19,265 bases of DNA from NCBI GenBank assembly GCA_018238625.1, contig JABCSY010000076.1:1-19265 (forward strand). The letters are read 5' to 3'. Origin of the DNA: Promethearchaeota archaeon. GTDB taxonomy: Archaea > Asgardarchaeota > Lokiarchaeia > Sigyniarchaeales > SOKP01. The notes below the pieces were generated by a model, which did not search any database, had not been told where the DNA came from, and saw only the letters and a program-made list of their open reading frames with translations. Below are positions 8,961 to 19,265 of this stretch, one piece after another. The number at the start of each line of letters is the position of its first letter. Positions within the stretch are counted from its first letter, which is position 1. A program made the position numbers and the translations under genes.

Positions 8961-8966
8961 TATAAA
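8959..8966 (+). promoter_or_regulatory. Putative archaeal TATA box of the Gfo/Idh/MocA gene
   Basis: TTTATAAA preceded by purine-rich AGAAA, about 40 bp upstream of ATG 9006. Confidence 0.5.
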
Positions 8967-9005
8967 CTTTTAACAAACAGTTAAGATAATATAATATAAT
9001 AGAAT

Positions 9006-10142
9006 ATGGTAGAAGCATTACGGTATGGCTTAATAGGTTATGGTCTCAATGCATTAGGTCATATATCAGAGCTAAAAAATCATCCGAGATTAATAGGGCG
9101 TACAAGATGGATAGTTGGGTTCGATCCAGATCCTAATGCGAATCTGATGCTTAATAAAATTAAAGGCATAAAAGTAGCTAAATCTTTTGAAGATCTTTTG
9201 GATACAGCTGATCTGGATGCTGTTATAATTAGTAGTCCCCCTCAATATCACGCAGAGCAAGCCGTTGCGGCACTGGAAGCGGGGTTACATGTATTTTCTG
9301 AAGTACCTATGACAATTAATGAAAAAAATATTGGAAAAATTATAAACGCCGAAGAAAATTCAGGAAAAGTCTATCAACTTGGAGAAAATTACTGCTTTTA
9401 CTCAGAAGTTTTATTTGCGGGACATCTTGCATCCTCTGGCAAGATTGGTCCAATTGTTTATTCGGAATCTGAATATTTGCACGATGTAACTTATAGGTGG
9501 AGAGAAGGGAATTTTGGCGATGTTGACACGCCACGTATAGATTCTTGGTATCAATTATTCGATCCTTTAATGTACGCCCACACGATTGGTCCTGCTCAAG
9601 TTGCGTTAGGTGGAATTAAAAAACCTATGCCATTCGTTGAAGTTGTAAGCTACGCAAATGATATTGGTGGTTATCAAACAAATCCAATCTGCCATCCTGC
9701 TAAAGCTTTTCAAGTAGGTTTATTTAAAACAGAAACAGGAGCAATTGCAAAATGCGCTAACGCTTATATTTTTGCCAGAGAACCTTCTCGCCTTATAATT
9801 CAAGTTACCGGTAGTTTAGGCACATACGAATGTTATCAAATAGGGAAACCAGGGCGTTTATTTCTAACTGATGGCCATAAAATAAGTAAGAGTCGTCATC
9901 GAAAAGGACAATCAAAAATTGTTGATAATAACGAGTTATCAACAGTAATACCTCCAGTTGAAGGTTTACATTACGGTTCTTCCGTTCGTATTATGGAAGA
10001 TTGGTTGCAAGCCATCAATAATCACGTAAAACCGACCATTCACGCAAAAATAGCTGCTAATTTCTGTTTATCGGGAATTGCTGCGTCTAAATCGGCGCGT
10101 TCCGGAGGAAAACCTATAAAAATTAAAGATTTTTCAGATTAA
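9006..10142 (+). CDS. Gfo/Idh/MocA family NAD(P)-dependent oxidoreductase
   Basis: GLIGYG Rossmann motif; DAVIISSPPQYH...ALEAGLHVFSEVPM (EVP variant of EKP); GENY and EYLH motifs. Confidence 0.92.
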   Translation: MVEALRYGLIGYGLNALGHISELKNHPRLIGRTRWIVGFDPDPNANLMLNKIKGIKVAKSFEDLLDTADLDAVIISSPPQYHAEQAVAALEAGLHVFSEVPMTINEKNIGKIINAEENSGKVYQLGENYCFYSEVLFAGHLASSGKIGPIVYSESEYLHDVTYRWREGNFGDVDTPRIDSWYQLFDPLMYAHTIGPAQVALGGIKKPMPFVEVVSYANDIGGYQTNPICHPAKAFQVGLFKTETGAIAKCANAYIFAREPSRLIIQVTGSLGTYECYQIGKPGRLFLTDGHKISKSRHRKGQSKIVDNNELSTVIPPVEGLHYGSSVRIMEDWLQAINNHVKPTIHAKIAANFCLSGIAASKSARSGGKPIKIKDFSD

Positions 10143-10161
10143 AAATAAATTACTACTATTT

Positions 10162-13290
<3,129 letters not shown>

Positions 13291-13426
13291 TCAGAATCAC
13301 TATGGATTTTTTTTTAGTTTTAAATTATTCTTTAGGATGTAAATCTAATTTATAGAATGATATTTAATCAAGAATTAATAATTATTCTTAAATTAATTAA
13401 TTTTGCAATATGTCTTCTAAATAAAG

Positions 13427-13765
13427 GTGAATTATATTACAACCGATTTTACTCGAGATGTCATCAAAATAATTAAGAATATACCTAGCGGGAAGGTCCT
13501 AACTTATGGGAGGATCGCTAAATTAGCAAGTAACCCGCAAGGTGCCAGACAAGTTTCGTGGCTATTACACTCCTCATCAAAAAAATACAACCTCCCATGG
13601 CATCGAGTTATAAATTCACTAGGAAAAATATCCATGAAATCTTTTGATGATCGAGAGTACCAAAAACGTTTGTTAGAAAAAGAAGGTGTTGTGTTTAGAG
13701 ATAATTACAAAATTGATCTAAAAAATTATCTTTGGGAAATAGATTCTATTTCTGACATAAAATAA
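13427..13765 (+). CDS. Alkyltransferase-like protein (ATL/YbaZ, MGMT family)
   Basis: IPSGKVLTYGRIA, ARQV and PWHRV (Trp replaces the catalytic Cys of PCHR); LLEKEGV; GTG start. Confidence 0.9.
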   Translation: MNYITTDFTRDVIKIIKNIPSGKVLTYGRIAKLASNPQGARQVSWLLHSSSKKYNLPWHRVINSLGKISMKSFDDREYQKRLLEKEGVVFRDNYKIDLKNYLWEIDSISDIK

Positions 13766-13831
13766 AATTAGGCAGTTAATTCATATTATCTCATTCATTC
13801 TTTAAATTAAAAAAGAATCGGTTTGAAACAA

Positions 13832-14884
13832 ATGGCTAATGACATTGGTTCGTATAAATTTGAGACTAAACTTTTTTTTCCAGAAGATATTTTTTACAAG
13901 ATAATTGAAGTAAGACTCAGCAAAGTAAACGAGATTCTTGAAAAGGAATATAAAAATCGCGCTAAAAGAAAGTATCCTTGGAACAAAAAACTCGTTATAA
14001 TTGCCGCTGATCATCCCGCAAGGGGCGTTACTAAGATTGACTCGAATAGCATAGCAATGGGTGATCGTCACAAATATTTGGGGAGGATACTTCGCGTTCT
14101 TACGCTTAATCAAGTAGATGGTATCATGACAACTCCTGATATAATGGATGATTTGTTTATATTGAATTATCTTTTTAAACAATTAGGAGGGAAAAGCTTC
14201 CTCGATAACAAAATACTTATAGGAAGTACGAATCGAGGAGGTCTTTTAGGCTCTCCCTTCGAGATGTACGACCCTGTGACTGCTTATACTATTGATGATA
14301 TCAGGAAATTAAAATTGGACGGCGCAAAAATGATGGTCAGGTTAGATTTCGAGACGAAAATGGCGAAATATAGCCAAAGGACTTTGGTGTTATGTTCGAA
14401 AATGATTAGACGGTGTAACGAATTCAACATACCCTCGTTTATAGAAGCGCTCCCGGTAACACGCGATCAAGACAGTAATTATACGGTTAACAAGAATGCA
14501 GAAGCAATGATTAAAACTATTGGAATTGCGACAGCATTGGGAGGGAGCTCGGTAAACACTTGGTTAAAAGTGCCATATGTTGATAAGTTTGAATCTGTTG
14601 CTAAAAGTGCAACCAACCCTATTTTAATTCTAGGTGGTGAAAGTACTGGTAACCCCATAGATCTTTTTAAAATTTTTGAAATGGGATTAATTGCTGGGAA
14701 AAACGTAAAAGGGTGTTTAGCTGGAAGAAATTTGTTGTTTCCTGGAAATGACGATCCAAGAGCAGTTGCTTTAGCAATCTCAGGGATAATTCACGATAAA
14801 AACAATACTGATAAAGCTATTAAAATCTTAAATAATAATCGTGGAAAGCAAATGGATGTTTTTACTTCTAAATTCAATCCCTAA
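13832..14884 (+). CDS. Class I aldolase-like TIM barrel, Cgl0159 family
   Basis: IIAADHPARG, GSTNRGGL, GAKMM, WLKVP (Schiff-base Lys position), PILILGG and GRNLLFP motifs. ATG at 13832 preferred over TTG at 13823. Confidence 0.8.
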   Translation: MANDIGSYKFETKLFFPEDIFYKIIEVRLSKVNEILEKEYKNRAKRKYPWNKKLVIIAADHPARGVTKIDSNSIAMGDRHKYLGRILRVLTLNQVDGIMTTPDIMDDLFILNYLFKQLGGKSFLDNKILIGSTNRGGLLGSPFEMYDPVTAYTIDDIRKLKLDGAKMMVRLDFETKMAKYSQRTLVLCSKMIRRCNEFNIPSFIEALPVTRDQDSNYTVNKNAEAMIKTIGIATALGGSSVNTWLKVPYVDKFESVAKSATNPILILGGESTGNPIDLFKIFEMGLIAGKNVKGCLAGRNLLFPGNDDPRAVALAISGIIHDKNNTDKAIKILNNNRGKQMDVFTSKFNP

Positions 14885-14915
14885 AGTTATTAAAAATTAA
14901 AACATTATTAATATT

Positions 14916-15338
14916 ATGAGATTTCTTTCTTTTCATTGCGATTACTTTAGATTTAAGGCGACAAAGAGAAGCCGTTCAAAAATATTTGAAGAATTGACAG
15001 AAGAAAATAGAGAAAATGGATTTGAAAACGTAATTGCCTTATACATAAGCGTAGAAAAGCGAGATGAGGATAGTACAGAGTTCATTCATAAAGCTATAAA
15101 AGAAATCGAAAAAATCACTACTCAACTCAAAGTGTCGAACATAATTGTACTTTCTTTCGCCCATCTATTTGGCGAATTAAGTAATCCTGAATTTGGCTTG
15201 AAAGCGTTAAAGAATCTTGAGAAAAAGCTAGTTGAGGATGGGTTCAATGTGCTTAGACCTCCTTTTGGGTGGTTCAATGAGCTTGAACTCAAGGCAAAAG
15301 GGCACCCCCTCTCAAGAATCTCAAGAAAAATCGAATAA
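14916..15338 (+). CDS. Stand-alone archaeal-type threonyl-tRNA synthetase editing domain protein (DTD-like fold)
   Basis: MRFLSFHCDYF, VEKRDE, FAHL, PFGW and KGHPLS motifs of the archaea-specific ThrRS editing domain; only 140 aa. Confidence 0.88.
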   Translation: MRFLSFHCDYFRFKATKRSRSKIFEELTEENRENGFENVIALYISVEKRDEDSTEFIHKAIKEIEKITTQLKVSNIIVLSFAHLFGELSNPEFGLKALKNLEKKLVEDGFNVLRPPFGWFNELELKAKGHPLSRISRKIE

Positions 15339-15383
15339 ATAAGATCTTAATTTTTACCAATAATCAGTTTAAAACTAAAACGA

Positions 15384-15391
15384 TTTATAAA
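15384..15391 (+). promoter_or_regulatory. Putative TATA box of psmB
   Basis: AAAACGA followed by TTTATAAA, 43 bp upstream of ATG 15435. Confidence 0.45.
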
Positions 15392-15434
15392 AAATTAAAA
15401 AAAAATATTAAAACAAGAGACCATTAAAGAAATT

Positions 15435-16130
15435 ATGAGAAAAGAAGATTTAATTATACCCTCTAAGTCGGTTTTTTCAAGAGATTCCGATATTATTGTC
15501 AATAACACTCAAAAACTTAAAACTCAAGCTTTCAAAACGGGGACTACTACAGTCGGTTTAGTTGTTAAAGACGCGGTAATCCTAGGGACTGATAAAAGAG
15601 CGTCAATGGGTTATTTTGTTGCTAGTAAAACTGCTGAGAAATTGCATATGATTCAAGAACACTTGTATATGACTATTGCTGGAGGCGTAGCAGACGCACA
15701 ATATCTCATAGATGTTTTGCGGGCTGAAACTTCGTTGTACCAATTAAAACAAGAAAAACCAATTAAAGTTAAAAGCGCTGGGAAATTGCTGGCCAACATT
15801 TTGTACCAGAATAAAATGTATCCCTTTCAAGTTGGACTCATACTTGGGGGTGTAACCGAAGAAGAAGGTCCTACTCTTTTGGATATTGGTGCTTATGGTT
15901 CAATTTTGCCCGAGAAGTTTTGCGCAGTGGGGAGCGGTCAAAATTTTTCGTATGGCGTTCTCGAAGCTAAATATAAAGATAATTTAACAATTAAAGAAGG
16001 AAAGCAAATTTTAATTAAAGCAATCTCCTCTAGTATCATAAGAGATATGGCATCTGGAAATGGAATTGATATCGCTATCATCAAAAAAGAAGGAGAAGCA
16101 AAAAGAGACTTCATTTCCATAAAAGGATAA
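15435..16130 (+). CDS. psmB: Proteasome subunit beta
   Basis: Propeptide followed by KTG|TTTVG autoprocessing site; DKRAS, AGGVADAQ, GSG and RDMASG motifs. Confidence 0.96.
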   Translation: MRKEDLIIPSKSVFSRDSDIIVNNTQKLKTQAFKTGTTTVGLVVKDAVILGTDKRASMGYFVASKTAEKLHMIQEHLYMTIAGGVADAQYLIDVLRAETSLYQLKQEKPIKVKSAGKLLANILYQNKMYPFQVGLILGGVTEEEGPTLLDIGAYGSILPEKFCAVGSGQNFSYGVLEAKYKDNLTIKEGKQILIKAISSSIIRDMASGNGIDIAIIKKEGEAKRDFISIKG

Positions 16131-16143
16131 GCAATAAACCTAA

Positions 16144-16178
16144 TTTTCTCTTTTCTATCTTTTATCTTTTATCTTTTC
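16144..16178 (+). terminator. Pyrimidine/oligo-T tract after psmB, including (TATCTTT)x3
   Basis: ttttctcttttctatcttttatcttttatcttttc starts 14 bp after the stop; archaeal terminators are typically U-rich. Confidence 0.5.
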
Positions 16179-16388
16179 GCCTCTAAATATTTAAACATTA
16201 CACAAGGATAAAGTTTAAATAGCCCCTTTTTTTTAGAAACCTTTAAAAAGAATACCATATCTTTAAAAATAAAAATTATATTATTTTAGTTAGAAGAATT
16301 AACACTTTTAACAACTTAGGATAAACAAGGATAATCAAATATATTTTATCATAAATTAAACTAAATTAGATCGTGGAGAAGCATTAAG

Positions 16389-17117
16389 ATGCCCTACAGT
16401 ATAATAGTTGATCTTTCTCACAAAGAACAAATAGAGGAATTTCCCGATTTTTCTTTAAGCGAAGACGAATTAGAAGTCGATTATATCGATAAGAATGAAG
16501 GACCAATAGATTTTGATACGCTTGAAGATTATGACATTCTATTTATCGGAAATATTCAGCATACTAAAGACGGAAAGGCAGATAAATTTACTAAGGACGA
16601 ATTACTAGCAATTAAGCGGTATGTAGGAGGTGGTGGGAGCCTTTTTTTAACTAGTGGAGGCGGGGGCGATAGTGACATTCCGATGAAGCATGGGTCTATT
16701 CGGGTGTTGTATAAAATGACGGGAGTGCGACGATTTTGGAACGGCGTAATTCAAGAATCACACTCACATTTTTTAGTCAAAAAACAAAACGTACTAATAA
16801 ATCTCTTATTTAACCATCCGATAACTGAAGGGATTACTGAAGTAGTCCTACCAAACTGTACTTTCTTTACGCTAACGGAAGAGGATGTTGAGGACATAAT
16901 CGTTACTTCCGAAAAAGCAGAATTTAAATATACAGTTGACAATGATCTAGAAATGATTGGGCTAGTGCCTATTTGTAGTGTATCTGAGTTTTTCAGCGGG
17001 AGATGTGTGACTATAGGTTCATCAGATTGGCTTATTGAAGATGATTTTGGATTAGATGCTGGTGATAATATTAAATTTCTTTCAAACATCATCAAATGGT
17101 TAGCATTTGAAACCTAA
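16389..17117 (+). CDS. GIFT (GldG/IFT52)/DUF4350-like domain protein, class I glutamine amidotransferase-like fold
   Basis: DLSHKE start; YDILFI...FTKDELLAIKRYVGGGGSLFL; HPITEGI; GRCVTIGSSDWL...DNIKFLSNIIKWL end. Confidence 0.65.
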   Translation: MPYSIIVDLSHKEQIEEFPDFSLSEDELEVDYIDKNEGPIDFDTLEDYDILFIGNIQHTKDGKADKFTKDELLAIKRYVGGGGSLFLTSGGGGDSDIPMKHGSIRVLYKMTGVRRFWNGVIQESHSHFLVKKQNVLINLLFNHPITEGITEVVLPNCTFFTLTEEDVEDIIVTSEKAEFKYTVDNDLEMIGLVPICSVSEFFSGRCVTIGSSDWLIEDDFGLDAGDNIKFLSNIIKWLAFET

Positions 17118-17210
17118 TTTTTTAACTCTATCCTCGTTCATTTCTCATTCTTACTTATAAAAATAAATTTAGCGAAAATCATATTAAAAATCATTTCTAA
17201 TATATTAATT

Positions 17211-18362
17211 ATGGTTAGAATTCTTCGACCAGACTCGTTTTCGGTGTGGAAAAACGAAGAACTGCTCAAAAGATTTCCTAAGTATCGAGGGATCATTGAC
17301 AATAAGGAAGTTTCAAGGTATATTATCGCAAAAAGTATAAAATGTGAATACGATACAAAAGATACTATAGAACATTTAGAGAATTTGTTAAAGAAAAAAT
17401 CTATAGAATTTAATGAGTTGCTAAAAAAACCAACTGAAGCTCTTAAAAATCGTAGCATTGCCTCTAAAAACTATATTACTTTAGCTGAAGAATTAGCAAA
17501 TAAATATCTTGAGAGCTGCATTTTTTGCGAAAGGCAATGTAAGGTTAACCGTATAGATGGTGAAAAAGGATTCTGTCTGATATCGAAAGACTCGTTTGTT
17601 TCCTCTGCTTTTTTACATATGGGGGAAGAATCCCCGCTGATACCAAGCGGTACTATTTTTTTCCAAGGTTGTAATTTTGGTTGCGTCTTTTGTCAAAATT
17701 ACGACATTTCTCAAGCTTGGAAAGGTCGAAGAAATATTGAAGATATAGCTCAAAAAGTTGATGTTTTACAATTAGCCGCTCTTGCAGACAAATTAGTTGG
17801 GAAAGGTGCTATAAATATCAATTATGTAGGAGGTGATCCTATACCAAACCTCCATACTATTGTGGGTAGTTTTCAACATCAAACATCAAACATTACGCAA
17901 CTCTGGAATTCAAACTTTTATCTTACTAACGAATCGTTGTCTCTCATCATAGATTTTATAGATTTTTGGTTACCTGATTTTAAGTACGGCAACAACGAAT
18001 GCGGAGAAAAATATTCTGGGATAAAAGGTTATTACGATGTAATAACTCGTAATCTTAAAAGAATTCACGATTTTGGAAGTGGGGAAATAATAATTCGACA
18101 CTTAGTTATGCCTAATCACGTGGAATGCTGTTCTAAGCCAATATTGGATTATATAGCAAAAGAGATTCCGAAATGTGTTGTAAATTTGATGGGTCAATAT
18201 CGTCCACAGTGGAAATCATTTGAATATCCTGAGATAAACCGTAGACCTACTTCACAAGAAATGCAAGAAGTCAGTAAATTATTAAGAGGATTAATACCTA
18301 AATGCTCGGAAAATGATATTAAGAGATTTATTGCTGAAGGTAAAAGGTTGTTGAAAAAATAA
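17211..18362 (+). CDS. Radical SAM protein, PflX-like (PFL-activating enzyme related)
   Basis: CIFCERQCKVNR N-terminal cluster, HMGEE...SGTIFF, CNFGCVFC, VGGDP, PDFKYG, IRHLVMP and NLMGQYRP motifs. Confidence 0.9.
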   Translation: MVRILRPDSFSVWKNEELLKRFPKYRGIIDNKEVSRYIIAKSIKCEYDTKDTIEHLENLLKKKSIEFNELLKKPTEALKNRSIASKNYITLAEELANKYLESCIFCERQCKVNRIDGEKGFCLISKDSFVSSAFLHMGEESPLIPSGTIFFQGCNFGCVFCQNYDISQAWKGRRNIEDIAQKVDVLQLAALADKLVGKGAININYVGGDPIPNLHTIVGSFQHQTSNITQLWNSNFYLTNESLSLIIDFIDFWLPDFKYGNNECGEKYSGIKGYYDVITRNLKRIHDFGSGEIIIRHLVMPNHVECCSKPILDYIAKEIPKCVVNLMGQYRPQWKSFEYPEINRRPTSQEMQEVSKLLRGLIPKCSENDIKRFIAEGKRLLKK

Positions 18363-18485
18363 TCTTTTTAATTTTTAAATAGTATTCCAAATATGTAATG
18401 GAAGGTTTTAATTTAGAGTCATTAACATAGTATTTTTTTTGAATAATAATATCCTATTAAATTCAATTACTGAAAAAAAAGAGAA

Positions 18486-19265
18486 ATGGTTATGATGAGC
18501 GTGTTTCAAATCGTCAAAAAGGGTGAAAATGGCAAGGTTGAATTTAAAGAAACTTTTCACGTGAATGTGAAAACGGGAAAGAAGGATAAGAGCTTAAAGA
18601 AGGAGGTATCCCGTGCGGTAGCGGGCATGCTTAATTCAGATGGAGGCTTGATATTAATAGGAATTGCTAATGATGGGACTATTGAAGGAGTTGCGCGTGA
18701 TTTATATTACTATAATGCAAGCACAAACCAAGAAAATAAAGATAAGATGCGAATCGATATTGATGATACTTTAACAACTGATTTTGGCATTATGGTAAAG
18801 AAAAGTCTTGATTTAAGTTTTGAGGAATTGAAAGGAAAAGAAATTTTCATTATCAAAATAGCACCATCATCACTACCAGTCTTTCTCAATAACATCTTCT
18901 ATGTAAGGGATGGTGCAAGAACAATACAATTGGAAGGTCCAACGTTAGGAGAATATATATTTAAAAGATCTAAATTATCAAAAGATGAAAAACCTTCCAT
19001 CCAAGCATTCTATAATAGAGTAGCAACTTTCTTAAGAAATTTAGCAAATGGTAGGCTCTTAAATATTGAAATAAAAAAAATAGTGCAACAATTAAATGAT
19101 TCTGATGAAAAAGTCTATTTTGGAATTGAAATTACCCAAACAATTCTAAGAAGTAATATCAATTTCATGAACTATCAATATAAACTAAAAATATCTCACG
19201 ATCTTACTGGTACACGAAAAAATCTTCAGAAAAATAATTATTCAATAAAAATGAGAAATTTTACT
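18486..19265 (+). CDS. AlbA_2 / Schlafen-like domain protein (3' truncated by window end; absent from ORF track)
   Basis: Manual translation gives MVMMSVFQIVKKGENGKVEFKETF...AVAGMLNSDGGLILIGIANDGTIEG...FYVRDGART. The frame is open for 260 codons to the window end. Alternative ATGs at 18492 and 18495. Confidence 0.88.
   Translation, partial: MVMMSVFQIVKKGENGKVEFKETFHVNVKTGKKDKSLKKEVSRAVAGMLNSDGGLILIGIANDGTIEGVARDLYYYNASTNQENKDKMRIDIDDTLTTDFGIMVKKSLDLSFEELKGKEIFIIKIAPSSLPVFLNNIFYVRDGARTIQLEGPTLGEYIFKRSKLSKDEKPSIQAFYNRVATFLRNLANGRLLNIEIKKIVQQLNDSDEKVYFGIEITQTILRSNINFMNYQYKLKISHDLTGTRKNLQKNNYSIKMRNFT

Noticed and set aside
7265-9005. CRISPR array or Cas12 assignment for the RuvC protein
   Set aside because: No repeat-spacer array and no cas genes are visible beside the gene or elsewhere in the window.
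13348-13358. Partial copy of the 15-mer (aatttatagaa) upstream of lacZ; similar one near 10158-10170
   Set aside because: Short, imperfect and almost all A/T, so not distinguishable from chance by eye.
16131-16388. tRNA or structured ncRNA in the longest intergenic gap
   Set aside because: Very AT-rich, with no cloverleaf or stable GC stems visible.

Overview
AT-rich archaeal DNA. A proteasome beta subunit, an archaeal-type ThrRS editing domain and TTTATAAA boxes point to Archaea; the gene mix suggests Asgard/Lokiarchaeia, which is inference only. The left part (1-13.3 kb) is a sugar-utilisation locus: GH20 hexosaminidase, GPH/MFS transporter, PHP-fold DUF3604-like metallohydrolase, ChbG-like deacetylase, GH4 glycosidase, Gfo/Idh/MocA oxidoreductase and GH2 beta-galactosidase. 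A solo tnpB element (no tnpA) interrupts it between two divergent genes. The right part is a run of + strand genes: ATL, Cgl0159-like aldolase, stand-alone ThrRS editing domain, psmB, GIFT/DUF4350-like protein, PflX-like radical SAM and an AlbA_2/Schlafen protein cut off by the window end. The most notable signal is at the tnpB. It lacks a zinc finger and has a D/E/H RuvC triad. Its 3' coding end holds three tandem hairpins (probable omegaRNA). The 15 nt that follow, the predicted guide position, recur exactly in inverted orientation at 8946-8960, next to the TATA box of the neighbouring gene.
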